In this document: piece after piece, positions 1 through 9,748 of the stretch
Layout of the letters: each line of letters begins with the position of its first letter
How positions within the stretch are numbered: the stretch's first letter is position 1
NCBI GenBank assembly: GCA_025061835.1
Contig: JANXAC010000007.1
Coordinates: forward strand, 17,420-81,419
Direction of reading: 5' to 3'
Source of the DNA: Spirochaetota bacterium
GTDB lineage: Bacteria; Spirochaetota; Brevinematia; DTOW01
Length of the DNA stretch: 64,000 nt
Notes under the pieces: generated by a model
Told to the model about the DNA's origin: nothing
What the model saw: the letters and a program-made list of their open reading frames with translations, nothing else
Databases searched by the model: none
Position numbers and translations under genes: made by a program

Positions 1-386
1 GATGGAGGCACTATGAATATTGATATGGCTTCAGGGTATCTTCTCTTTATCTTCATAAAACCTTTAACATCAACGTCAACTATCACATTCATACCTGCAT
101 TTATTTTATTCTCAACTTCCCAAACAGGTGTTCCGTAAAAATTACCATGAACCATAGCCCATTCCAGAAGTTCTTTGTTTCTGAACATTTCAAGGACTCT
201 ATCAACGGAAACGAAGTAATAATCTATGCCATCTCTCTCTCCTTCCCGCGGCTTTCTAGTTGTAACTGATACCGAAAAATGTAGGTTTGGAACTTCTTTC
301 AGGATTCTCCTAAGAATTGTAGTCTTACCTGCTCCGGATGGTGCAGATATGATAAATATTTTACCTAACTTCACCTTCTGTTCCAT
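1..386 (-). CDS. gmk: Guanylate kinase (partial, runs off window start)
   Basis: Not in ORF track; manual translation from ATG at 386: MEQKVKLGKIFIISAPSGAGKTT...TTRKPREGERDGIDYYFV...EWAMVHGNFYGT (P-loop and GK signature); directly downstream of yicC. Confidence 0.95.
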   Translation of the reverse strand, partial: MEQKVKLGKIFIISAPSGAGKTTILRRILKEVPNLHFSVSVTTRKPREGERDGIDYYFVSVDRVLEMFRNKELLEWAMVHGNFYGTPVWEVENKINAGMNVIVDVDVKGFMKIKRRYPEAISIFIVPP

Positions 387-389
387 AAA

Positions 390-1256
390 CTATTCTATGT
401 TTTGTATATGCTCCCTTATCTTTTCTAGTTCAGTCTTTATATACACGACTAAAGATGATATTGTATAGTCAAAAGACTTTGAAGCTATTGTATTAACTTC
501 CCTATTAAGCTCCTGAAGAAGAAACTCTACTTTCTTACCCAACTCTCCATCACTATTCAGGAGGTTTTCAAGATCATCAAGATGTTGCGATAATCTAAAT
601 ATTTCCTCATTTATGTCAACCTTCATAAGAAAACTTATAATTGATGTGTCTATCTCTTTTCTATTCTCATACTCTTTAAGAAATTTATTTACCCTTTCTT
701 TCACTTTCTCTTCTATGCTAGTATTAACAATATTCCATCTTTCTGATATCTTCTCTAGATTTTTCCTAACTTTATCTACAGCCATAATACATTCATTCCT
801 TACAAGTTCACCTTCTTTGATCCTCTGCTTCAAAACATTAGCAACTGACTTCTTTATGAGTATCTCTATCTGCTTTTTAAGTTCTAAAGGTGGTTCAGGC
901 CTTACTATACTTATGACATCCTGCATTCTTGCGATATCAACTATCTCTATGTCCGGTAACAAACCAAGATAATTACTCAAACTTCTAAGTGATTCAAAAT
1001 AAACCCTTGCTAGTTCCTTGTTAATATGTATATCAAAGTCATTTGTCTTTGGATAGAAATCTATAACAAGTTCAACCTTACCTCGCTTAAACGAGTTCTT
1101 TATTACCTTTCTAGCAATCTCCTCAACAAACTGTATAGTGGTAGGGATAATTGTCTTTATCTCAAGGAAGCGTGAGTTTAAACTCTTTAAATAAATTGTT
1201 ATCTTTCCATAGTCTGTGTCTTTTGATATGTATGAGAAACCCGTCATGCTCCTCAT
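390..1256 (-). CDS. yicC: YicC/YloC family endoribonuclease
   Basis: N-terminal MRSMTGF and C-terminal QELNREVNTIASK motifs; yicC-gmk synteny. Confidence 0.9.
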   Translation of the reverse strand: MRSMTGFSYISKDTDYGKITIYLKSLNSRFLEIKTIIPTTIQFVEEIARKVIKNSFKRGKVELVIDFYPKTNDFDIHINKELARVYFESLRSLSNYLGLLPDIEIVDIARMQDVISIVRPEPPLELKKQIEILIKKSVANVLKQRIKEGELVRNECIMAVDKVRKNLEKISERWNIVNTSIEEKVKERVNKFLKEYENRKEIDTSIISFLMKVDINEEIFRLSQHLDDLENLLNSDGELGKKVEFLLQELNREVNTIASKSFDYTISSLVVYIKTELEKIREHIQNIE

Positions 1257-1281
1257 CGTAGATATTATCGGATTTTTAAGG

Positions 1282-1311
1282 ATTATACCAATTCACAAAG
1301 ATACAATTCAA
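1282..1311 (-). promoter_or_regulatory. Putative sigma70 promoter of yicC-gmk
   Basis: Minus strand TTGAAT-N18-TATAAT with TG extended -10. Confidence 0.5.
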
Positions 1312-1424
1312 TTTACCAAACTGAACTCCAACAAAGTCCAAATTTTCTGGTTAAGTTTAATAATAATTGTAATTTAAAACAAAATGTATTATTATATTAT
1401 TAGCAGTTGCATAAGGAGATACCT

Positions 1425-2033
1425 ATGGTTTGCTCTATATGTGGAGAGAATGATAGTATGTTAAGCATATCTGTCCAATACAATGGTAGAGAAACAACAG
1501 TTCATATATGTAAGGACTGTATAAACAAATTCGGCCTGGATACTAGCAATATAGATAACCTCATTAAAGATATAATGGAACTCATAAGAAAAAACATAGT
1601 GAAAAATCTAGAAATAACATCTGAAGAACAGAACGAAAACCAAGAATTTGAAGAAGAACTTCTCTCATTTGACAATATAATAAGTATGATAAGTTCTAAT
1701 AATAAACAACCAATCCAAGACGAAAATAAATCTGTTACAAGGAGTAGTGATATGAAAAAAACTGAGAGTATCTGCCCCTACTGTGGTTCCTCAATTGAAG
1801 AAGTAATAGGTAATCAAAACTTAGGATGTATAAACTGTATTGAATTCTTTGGAACAAAGATAAAACATAAACCTGCAAAGTTTGAAGGTAGAGTTCCAAG
1901 AGTCTATAGAAGTATATACATAAATGAAAAATTCAAAGACTACCTGTCCAGTAAAATGATGATAGAGGTGGTCAGAGAAAACTTTGAAAAAGCATCAAAA
2001 ATTAGAACAATAATCTCAAAGATTGTGAAATAG
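1425..2033 (+). CDS. mcsA: McsA-like protein (four CxxC motifs plus UVR domain)
   Basis: CSIC, CKDC, CPYC, LGCINC, GRVP, C-terminal ENFEKASKIR; ATG 1425 follows AAGGAG. Confidence 0.75.
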   Translation: MVCSICGENDSMLSISVQYNGRETTVHICKDCINKFGLDTSNIDNLIKDIMELIRKNIVKNLEITSEEQNENQEFEEELLSFDNIISMISSNNKQPIQDENKSVTRSSDMKKTESICPYCGSSIEEVIGNQNLGCINCIEFFGTKIKHKPAKFEGRVPRVYRSIYINEKFKDYLSSKMMIEVVRENFEKASKIRTIISKIVK

Positions 2034-2187
2034 GTTCTTTAGGATTATACACCTAAGTATTTTTATACCGGTAAATTCCAAAATCTCCAAAAACTGATCA
2101 CCCTCAATCACAGATTTATATTCTCTGTCATCCACTCCTTTCCTAATCGTAGTGAAATTCTTAGTGGAATTTTAGACTTTATTGTTT

Positions 2188-2679
2188 TTACGCTATGAAG
2201 TGTGCTACTGAAGATTCTTTCGCTATTCTTAAATAGTCTGGAACATCAACTATATCGCTTACAAAATCCTCAAGGTCATCCTTTGCTAAACCAAAAACAT
2301 TCATAGCCAACGAGCAAGCAACTATCTTCACACCAAGCTGTCTAGCGTAATCAAACAGTTCCTTGAGATTAGGAATTTTCTTCTGTTTCAGTAATACTTC
2401 CAACATTCCTTTCCCCACTCCACCAAAGTTAAACTTTGATAATTTAGCACTATCAACTGAAGGTCTGTTTATAATGCCAAAGAGCCTCTGAATAAGATTT
2501 CTCTTATACTTTCCTGAAAGTTTCTTTTTAGTTATCAGGTTCAAACCCCAGAATGTAAAGTATAGCGTTACATCCCAACCTGTTGCTTTTGCACCAGTAG
2601 CCATAACAAGTGAAGCCATAGCCTTATCATAATCGTCAGTAAATACAACTATTGACAGAGAATCTTTTTTCTTCTCCAT
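2188..2679 (-). CDS. DsrE/DsrF/DrsH-like (DsrE2-type) sulfur-transfer protein
   Basis: DVTLYFTFWGL, KLSKFNFGG, KIVACSLAM motifs. Confidence 0.85.
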   Translation of the reverse strand: MEKKKDSLSIVVFTDDYDKAMASLVMATGAKATGWDVTLYFTFWGLNLITKKKLSGKYKRNLIQRLFGIINRPSVDSAKLSKFNFGGVGKGMLEVLLKQKKIPNLKELFDYARQLGVKIVACSLAMNVFGLAKDDLEDFVSDIVDVPDYLRIAKESSVAHFIA

Positions 2680-2696
2680 ACCAAGCACCCCCAGAC

Positions 2697-2939
2697 TTAC
2701 TTCTTCCTAAAATACATAATCCAGTTGCCATCAGAAACATCAGTTCCTAAATGTTCATGCCCATCCTCTACGAAACTTCTAGGAACATCTCTTGATGCAG
2801 GCTCGTGGTCAGTTATTATCCTGACAACCTCACCAACCTTAACCTCACTGTCAAAAAATAACCTTGACTTTATATATGTAAATGGGCATACCAAACCCCT
2901 AATGTCTAACTCTTTATCAACCTTAAAATCTACAGACAT
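2697..2939 (-). CDS. tusA: TusA/SirA family sulfurtransferase
   Basis: LDIRGLVCPFTY motif; GGAGG RBS before ATG 2939. Confidence 0.85.
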   Translation of the reverse strand: MSVDFKVDKELDIRGLVCPFTYIKSRLFFDSEVKVGEVVRIITDHEPASRDVPRSFVEDGHEHLGTDVSDGNWIMYFRKK

Positions 2940-3249
2940 ATAAACCTCCAAATGTCAATATTATAATAACTAAAAATTTCAAAAAGTCAAATAATTTAAA
3001 ATCGCAACGGTAAAAATCCAAAATCTTTAAAAAACTCCTACGACCATTAGGAGCAATAGGCGACGAAACTATAGACAGTAAATTCCCGAGATTTCCAAAT
3101 TCAAAACACCAATAAACCTGTCCCTGTTAAAAAACTGCTAGCGTATCATAGAAAATCTAAAAAATACTAGATGAAAACTGAAAATTTGATTATATTTAGA
3201 TGTGTATTTCAATTCAAACCACACTTACAAACTATATTAGGGGGATTTG

Positions 3250-4704
3250 ATGAATAATTCAAAAGCTAACCCTCTACCACAAGTTTCTAAAGACAGGATA
3301 AAATCCTTACTAACACAATTCTTTTCATTACCTATTGAGAATTTGGAGATAACAAACTCTTTCAACTTAGAAACGAAAGAAATTTTCGTAATAAAGATAC
3401 TTGAACCTCTGAATGAGTCAGTAATTGTAGTTGATAACAACAACCATGATATCAGTAAGCTCATAAAAGGAGATGTATTGAGTATATTTTCCTCAACGAA
3501 AATTACATTAGAATTCTACAAAAAGCGTATAAACCAAATAAACATAATATCAGAGAAGGTTCTACTAGTGATACACTTCAAGGATTGTAAGGCTGTGATG
3601 AAAGGTGATTTTCTTGAAAAGATTATGAAACCTATAATCCAAAACTTAAATATTAAAGTTAATATTCTAGATGTGGTTCAATTCTCAAACGACATAGAAA
3701 TGTTGATTGATGAGATATTTTATAGGTTATCTGGAATACCTTGGGATATTGATGATTTCTTCAAAGTGATTGACGATGTTAGTCTTCAGTTCATACTCTC
3801 AAGACTCTTATCAGAGTTTAGCGAGGATGAGATGATAACTCTAATTACGTCTCTTAAAAATAGTCATAAAATAGGGGCAAATATATCAGAGGGAGCCTGG
3901 GAAAGGATATTAGATATGTCAAGACATAAAGCCCGAGATCTTGCATTCAATCGTGACTGGGTAGAAATAACAAAACTACAAACAGCATTGACGATAAACA
4001 AGATAATAAGAGAGGATGGCAAAAACTTAACAGCATCAAAGCATATTGAAACCATAAGAGAACATATTATGAACTCTTTCTTCTTACCTAGAGTTACACC
4101 GAAAGCAATAACAAGAATAATAGAAGAGATTGAAAGAAAAGGAAAGCTTGATGAGATTACAAAGTATGTGAATAGGACATCTTTGGCAAAATCCCTCGTC
4201 GGAGTTAGCGAAGAGGTAATACAAAAATTCTCAAAAGTTCTCTCTTCTAATGGGTATAGACAACTTATAAGCGATGTATCATCGTTTTCCAATGCTAATA
4301 ATCTTTTTATAACGGAACGAATAGAGTTTCTAGAAGGCACATCTAGACTACTCTTAAACATAGATATAGAGAGAGAAAAAGGAAACCTGCTTGAAGTCTT
4401 TGCACAAATCATACCTAAACTTAACTATCCAAAAATTTACTACGCTGTCAATCTCACAGGCAGTAATGCATACCTGCTTTTTTGTGAAAAACTTGCGAAA
4501 AAAAATAGGAAAATGCTTGATGAATTCTTATCAAAAACGATAGGACCTTTAAAGAAGTTAGCAGAGATGTTCATAAGAAAGGAAATCGGTCTTACATACA
4601 TATACGGAGACACACTGATAAATCAGAAGACAAAAGAATTCGTTGAGAAGCTCTACTTCAGTGTAAAAATAGACGAGATTATGGTATATTCAAATCAAAG
4701 TTAG
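3250..4704 (+). CDS. Hypothetical protein with two degenerate FliG C-terminal-like segments
   Basis: DDFFKVIDDVSLQFILSRL and TSLAKSLVGVSEEVIQKFSKVLSSNGYRQLISD resemble FliG-C armadillo repeats. Confidence 0.45.
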   Translation: MNNSKANPLPQVSKDRIKSLLTQFFSLPIENLEITNSFNLETKEIFVIKILEPLNESVIVVDNNNHDISKLIKGDVLSIFSSTKITLEFYKKRINQINIISEKVLLVIHFKDCKAVMKGDFLEKIMKPIIQNLNIKVNILDVVQFSNDIEMLIDEIFYRLSGIPWDIDDFFKVIDDVSLQFILSRLLSEFSEDEMITLITSLKNSHKIGANISEGAWERILDMSRHKARDLAFNRDWVEITKLQTALTINKIIREDGKNLTASKHIETIREHIMNSFFLPRVTPKAITRIIEEIERKGKLDEITKYVNRTSLAKSLVGVSEEVIQKFSKVLSSNGYRQLISDVSSFSNANNLFITERIEFLEGTSRLLLNIDIEREKGNLLEVFAQIIPKLNYPKIYYAVNLTGSNAYLLFCEKLAKKNRKMLDEFLSKTIGPLKKLAEMFIRKEIGLTYIYGDTLINQKTKEFVEKLYFSVKIDEIMVYSNQS

Positions 4705-4958
4705 ACTCTAACCATGGCTTAGTTGCTGGTAATTATTCTTAAGATACTCTTAAGTATCTAACCAAATCTATTCTTCAAAAATCCTTTTATCTTAAGATAT
4801 TCACAAAATCAATATCCTCTCAATCAACAAGAAAATGTCAAAACTTCAACTTTGTCCTTTAACCTAAACAGATTAATAAAACTACTTTAACAGTAGGCAA
4901 CTCTATTAGCAGATTCAATTCGTAAGGATACTATTAAATTCTTCATTATTTCTTTGTA

Positions 4959-6335
4959 ATGAAAGCAGAACTAGAAAAAAAGGTGCTAGATACCATCAAC
5001 AAGTATAAACTTGTGTCAGAAGGTGACAAAATATTAGTATCTCTGTCTGGTGGTGTAGATTCTGTTGTCCTACTAAATGTTCTAGATAACCTTAAGGCAA
5101 AACTTGGTATCCAGTTAGGTGCTATACACATTAACCATCTCTTGAGACACTTTTCTTCAAGAGACGAACTTTTCTGCATAAACTTATGTAATGAAATGGG
5201 GATACCTTGTTTCACTTTTCGTAAGAATGTAAGAGAGTTTGCTAGAGAAAACAACTTATCCATTGAAGAAGCAGGTAGAATAGTAAGGTACTCCACAATA
5301 AGGCAATTCGCTAGAGAAAATGGCTTTACCAAGATAGCAACCGCACATCACATTGACGACAACATTGAGACACTATTTTTGAGAATCTTCAAAGGGACAT
5401 CTCTGAAAGGGCTTCTACTAATAAGACCGAAGTTTCAAAACATCATTCGTCCTCTTATTGAGATAACAAAATATGAAATAATAGAGTATGCAAAAGAGCA
5501 AAAACTCAGTTTCATAATTGATGAGACAAACTACTCTAACGAATACGAGAGAAACTATGTAAGAAACATCATCATACCAACAATCTATCCAAGGTTCCCA
5601 AACTTCAGAGAGAAGATATACAACCTCATAAGTGATTTAAGAGATTTGTATAGTATAGTTGAGATGCTAACAAAAAATGCTATTAACCAGTATGTGGTAT
5701 TTGAGAAGGATTCCGCGGTAATCAACTTAAAGATTACCGAAGACTACCCCAAAATAATCACCAGAGAAGTCGTAAAAAAAATACTCTCATACTTTAAAAC
5801 TCCCATTAGTAGAAAGGTGCTTGACAGGATTTCTTACGAAACACGAGGATATGGGAATAAAGTAGTTGTGAAATTCAAAAACATTATTGTCTTGAGAGAG
5901 TATGATAAATTAAGGATAAAGAAGATTGAACACTATTCAAGAGAACCAAAGAAAACAAAAATCTCGGAAGTTGAGTTTATCTCATACTTTGATGTTGATA
6001 TAGATGTTAGTGAGTTAGATGTCAATGAAAATTTTATCCAGAAGATAAAGACAAACTCTTCAAGAGTACTTTACTTTGACCTAGATGGTGTCAAGAAGGT
6101 TGAGATAAGAAGAAGGGAAAAAGGAGACTACATTAAACTAGACTTTGGCAACAAGAAGATAAAGGATATACTAATAGACGAGAAGATACCATTAAGTGAA
6201 AGGGATAAGGCAGTAGTTGTAGATAGTAACAAAGGTATCGTTGGCATCTACTACGGCAAGATTAGAGTAGCAAGCAACTTTCTACTCAAAACTGGACACA
6301 GAAAAGTTTGCAGGATAAGATTCAATTCAGATTAA
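4959..6335 (+). CDS. tilS: tRNA(Ile)-lysidine synthetase
   Basis: LSGGVDS PP-loop, AHHIDDNIET, RPLI, C-terminal KKIKDILIDEKIP. Confidence 0.95.
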   Translation: MKAELEKKVLDTINKYKLVSEGDKILVSLSGGVDSVVLLNVLDNLKAKLGIQLGAIHINHLLRHFSSRDELFCINLCNEMGIPCFTFRKNVREFARENNLSIEEAGRIVRYSTIRQFARENGFTKIATAHHIDDNIETLFLRIFKGTSLKGLLLIRPKFQNIIRPLIEITKYEIIEYAKEQKLSFIIDETNYSNEYERNYVRNIIIPTIYPRFPNFREKIYNLISDLRDLYSIVEMLTKNAINQYVVFEKDSAVINLKITEDYPKIITREVVKKILSYFKTPISRKVLDRISYETRGYGNKVVVKFKNIIVLREYDKLRIKKIEHYSREPKKTKISEVEFISYFDVDIDVSELDVNENFIQKIKTNSSRVLYFDLDGVKKVEIRRREKGDYIKLDFGNKKIKDILIDEKIPLSERDKAVVVDSNKGIVGIYYGKIRVASNFLLKTGHRKVCRIRFNSD

Positions 6336-6893
6336 CATATAAATATTAACTTTCACATCTACTGCTATTAGCTCGGAGTGTATAACTCTGAAATTCCTAT
6401 TCCTTATGCTTATTGATGCTTTACCACTGTCAAGGAAAGGCAATATGCTCTTACCAACCAAATCATCATAACTTAAAGATAATTCTCTCGTAGAAGCAAG
6501 ATTCAACCAAACTATCCTATTAAACCTATCAGTTATTATGATAGGAAGAGGTAAATTTTTGAGTATACTTTCAAAGTTAATCTCAAGCAATGTTGGATCA
6601 TCACTTGTGATATACTTCAACTCTTTTTTTGATACTAAATCAATAGTATTATCGTAAGTAAGTATAACAGGTATTACATTATTATCGTTAAGGTTTTCGC
6701 TGAAAATATTAGAAATTGGTTCTAATTTGAGTTCTTTGTATATGCTTAACACATCCTCAACTCCTAAGTTCATAAGTGAAACTACATCTTTTGTTCTTAC
6801 ATAACCTTGAAAACCATCAAGATTGGATATTATTAGGATCGGACTTTTAAACCTGTATAAGTAATGAATAACATCTTTTATTGTCTTGACCAT
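6327..6893 (-). CDS. Small protein with CBS-like N-terminus and PAS-like C-terminus
   Basis: ILKNLPLPIIITDRFNRIVWLN...DLVGKSI is PAS-like; SPILIISNLDGFQGYVRTKDV is weakly CBS-like; starts 4 nt after fliH stop. Confidence 0.45.
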   Translation of the reverse strand: MVKTIKDVIHYLYRFKSPILIISNLDGFQGYVRTKDVVSLMNLGVEDVLSIYKELKLEPISNIFSENLNDNNVIPVILTYDNTIDLVSKKELKYITSDDPTLLEINFESILKNLPLPIIITDRFNRIVWLNLASTRELSLSYDDLVGKSILPFLDSGKASISIRNRNFRVIHSELIAVDVKVNIYMLI

Positions 6894-6897
6894 AACT

Positions 6898-7842
6898 TTA
6901 TGGAAGAAGTGTCTTAATTTTCTCCTCTATCTCAAGGAGTTGTGAAGTTATCTGTGCGTCAATCGTAGTGGTATCAGTTTCAACAATCACACCTCCCTGT
7001 TCAACGAAATGATCCTCAAATATCTTTACATCACTACCTTGTTCAATCATCTTGATAAACTCTTCTTTGTGCCTTGAAACGATGTCAATGTCTGCTGGAT
7101 TAACCCTAACTATAAATTTAGTACTACCAGAAAGTTTTGAAAGGACATACTTAATCTGTCTGACAACAATATCTTTTTCGTTCTCTCTTATCTCTTTAAG
7201 AACCTTCCTCACAACCTCAAGTGCTAGTTCAACAACCTCTCTCTCTGATTTATTCACTATTTCATTCCTTTTATTTACAATGTAAGATGTTATCTCCTTT
7301 AGTCTGTTTGACAACAAAACAATCTCATTCTTTCCAGCATTAAATCCATCCTCTACCCCTTTATCAAAACCTTTCTCATAAGCCTCTTTCTTTATTCTTT
7401 CAGCCTCCGCCATTGCCTCTTGAATTATCCTGTTTGCTTCTCTCTTCGCTTCTTCAATTATCCTCTCCTTCTCCTTTTCACCTTCTTTTATGTTTAAGTT
7501 CTTCTCCTCCAACGATGACTTCACTTTATTGAACGCAACTTTTTCAGCCTCATCTATAATCTTTGCTGCCTTCTCGTTAGCCTCTTCAATAATATTCTCT
7601 TCAAGTTTGCTAAGTTCTTCTTTTTTCCTTTCAATTTCTTTGTTTAGGTTTTCAATTTCGCTCTGAAGAGATGATAACCTTTTCTCCTCTTCTGTTATCT
7701 TCTCTTCTATTTTTTTTCTAAAAAACTTTGGTGTTTCTAGCCTATACTCATTATCAATCACATACTCATCTTCGTTTAACTTCTTTTTCACAGATAGGCT
7801 TATCATAATTTTGTCTTTGTTCTTCTTATCCATCTCATCCAT
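6898..7842 (-). CDS. fliH: Flagellar export protein FliH
   Basis: Long coiled coil, AYEKGFDKGVEDGFNAG glycine repeats, VRVNPAD, VEQGGVIVETD; start uncertain (7842, 7833 or 7878). Confidence 0.85.
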   Translation of the reverse strand: MDEMDKKNKDKIMISLSVKKKLNEDEYVIDNEYRLETPKFFRKKIEEKITEEEKRLSSLQSEIENLNKEIERKKEELSKLEENIIEEANEKAAKIIDEAEKVAFNKVKSSLEEKNLNIKEGEKEKERIIEEAKREANRIIQEAMAEAERIKKEAYEKGFDKGVEDGFNAGKNEIVLLSNRLKEITSYIVNKRNEIVNKSEREVVELALEVVRKVLKEIRENEKDIVVRQIKYVLSKLSGSTKFIVRVNPADIDIVSRHKEEFIKMIEQGSDVKIFEDHFVEQGGVIVETDTTTIDAQITSQLLEIEEKIKTLLP

Positions 7843-7937
7843 ACCTATTATTGTATATGATCGGAATAATTCAATCAAAAAATCTTTACTGATATTAATC
7901 GGTTGTTTAAAATTAAACGCAATTATGGAGGTATGGA

Positions 7938-8879
7938 ATGTACGTAGGCATTGACCTTGGCGGGACTAATATAAAAGCAGGTATGATAGACGACGAAGGA
8001 ATGATAGTATCAAGCCTTTCAATACCAACAGAAGCAAATCAAGGTTGGGATAAGGTAATATCAAACATCAAAAAAATTTTGAAAGACTTGGTAAGCGATA
8101 GAGTGAAAGCGATAGGAATAGGTATTCCAGGACCTGTAGATTTTGAGAGAGGCATAATAAAGGAGATGCCAGCCATTCCCGGTGCAAAGAATGTAGAGAT
8201 AGCAAAAGAAATTCAAAGTGATTTTAAGAAACCTACTTTTGTTGATAATGATGCTAACAATTTCGCACTCGGTGAAGTTGTCTTTGGGGTTGCTAAAGGA
8301 AAGAAGTATGTAATTGGAATAACACTTGGGACAGGGATTGGTGGTGGGATAGTTATTGATGGAAGATTATATAGAGGTAGCAGAAACTATGCAGGAGAGG
8401 TTGGACACATGGTAATATCTCCAAACGGACAACAGTGTAATTGCGGTAAGTTTGGTTGTTGGGAGGCTTACGGCTCTGCTACCGCCATCATAAGGAACGC
8501 ATTATCTTCAAAGAAAAGAGACATAAATTCAAAACTAAACGACTATCCTAGTGAAAAGATAGATGCAAAGTTGGTGATTGAACTATCAAAAGAAGGTGAT
8601 GAATTCTGTAGTGGAATAGCCCAAAATGCTTTCTTCTACATAGGTATAGGTATAGCATCTCTTGTAAATATTCTAAACCCTGAAATGGTTGTGATAGGAG
8701 GTGGTGTATCACTCGCTGGAGAATACCTAATTAAAACCGTCAGAAGAGTAGCATTTGAGAATATTTTACCTCCATTGAGAGAAGGGTTGGAAATAGCCTT
8801 GAGTAGGTTTGGTAATAACGCTGGGATGCTTGGAGCAGCAGGTCTTGCTAAAACAGAGTTTGAAAGACTAAATGTATAG
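7938..8879 (+). CDS. ROK family sugar kinase (glucokinase-like)
   Basis: GIDLGGT, DNDAN, GEVGH, CNCGKFGCWEAY, VIGGGV. Confidence 0.9.
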   Translation: MYVGIDLGGTNIKAGMIDDEGMIVSSLSIPTEANQGWDKVISNIKKILKDLVSDRVKAIGIGIPGPVDFERGIIKEMPAIPGAKNVEIAKEIQSDFKKPTFVDNDANNFALGEVVFGVAKGKKYVIGITLGTGIGGGIVIDGRLYRGSRNYAGEVGHMVISPNGQQCNCGKFGCWEAYGSATAIIRNALSSKKRDINSKLNDYPSEKIDAKLVIELSKEGDEFCSGIAQNAFFYIGIGIASLVNILNPEMVVIGGGVSLAGEYLIKTVRRVAFENILPPLREGLEIALSRFGNNAGMLGAAGLAKTEFERLNV

Positions 8880-9737
8880 TTTTTTCTGCCAAAACCCGTT
8901 GAATACAATATTTGCTCCGCCTATCATATAAACTCTACCACTACCATCATATTCAACTTCCAAGTCTCCTCCAAGAAGATGAACTTTGACTCTACCCGGT
9001 CTAACTAGTCCATTTACAACCGCAGAAACTACTGACGCACAAGCACCAGTTCCACAAGCCATAGTCTCACCACTACCTCTCTCCCAAACTCTCATAGCAA
9101 TCTCATCAGACTTCAAAATTCTTACAAACTCTACATTCACCCTATTCGGAAATAAAGGATGTCTTTCTATCCTAGGTCCTATCTCACTTAAATTCACACC
9201 TGAAAGGTCATCGGAAAATATAACACAGTGAGGATTACCCATTGAAACAACATTTATACTATACTTACCAAACCCAAAATCAAACGATCTGTTAATAATC
9301 CTATCTCCATCAATTACAGACGTATCTACAGGAACTTTACTTGGCTCAAATATAGGATCACCCATATCAACTCTGAAAAGCAAACCCTCATCCTTCTTCA
9401 GGACATCAATAACCTTGAGACCTGCTTTCGTATTAACAGATACACTTTCTTTGCTGTTTATATTCTCGTAGAAGTATCTGACAACTTGTCTTATTCCATT
9501 TCCACACATCTCTGCTTCACTACCATCGGAGTTGAATATTCTCATCTCACAGTCATAACTCTCCGAAGGTATGATAAATATTACACCATCTCCACCTATC
9601 CCGAAGTGTCTATCAGAAAGGATGGGAGCAATAACCCCCATCTTATCTAAAAGTCTCTCATAATCTGGATGTCTAAAAAGGTCAAGTAGAATATAGTCGT
9701 TTCCTAAGGCTTCGGCTTTAGTAAATTCTAGGTTCAT
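8868..9737 (-). CDS. dapF: Diaminopimelate epimerase
   Basis: LGNDY, AEMCGNG, GNPHCV, VWERGSGETMACGTG. Confidence 0.97.
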   Translation of the reverse strand: MNLEFTKAEALGNDYILLDLFRHPDYERLLDKMGVIAPILSDRHFGIGGDGVIFIIPSESYDCEMRIFNSDGSEAEMCGNGIRQVVRYFYENINSKESVSVNTKAGLKVIDVLKKDEGLLFRVDMGDPIFEPSKVPVDTSVIDGDRIINRSFDFGFGKYSINVVSMGNPHCVIFSDDLSGVNLSEIGPRIERHPLFPNRVNVEFVRILKSDEIAMRVWERGSGETMACGTGACASVVSAVVNGLVRPGRVKVHLLGGDLEVEYDGSGRVYMIGGANIVFNGFWQKKLYI

Positions 9738-9748
9738 CTCTTAAGAAA

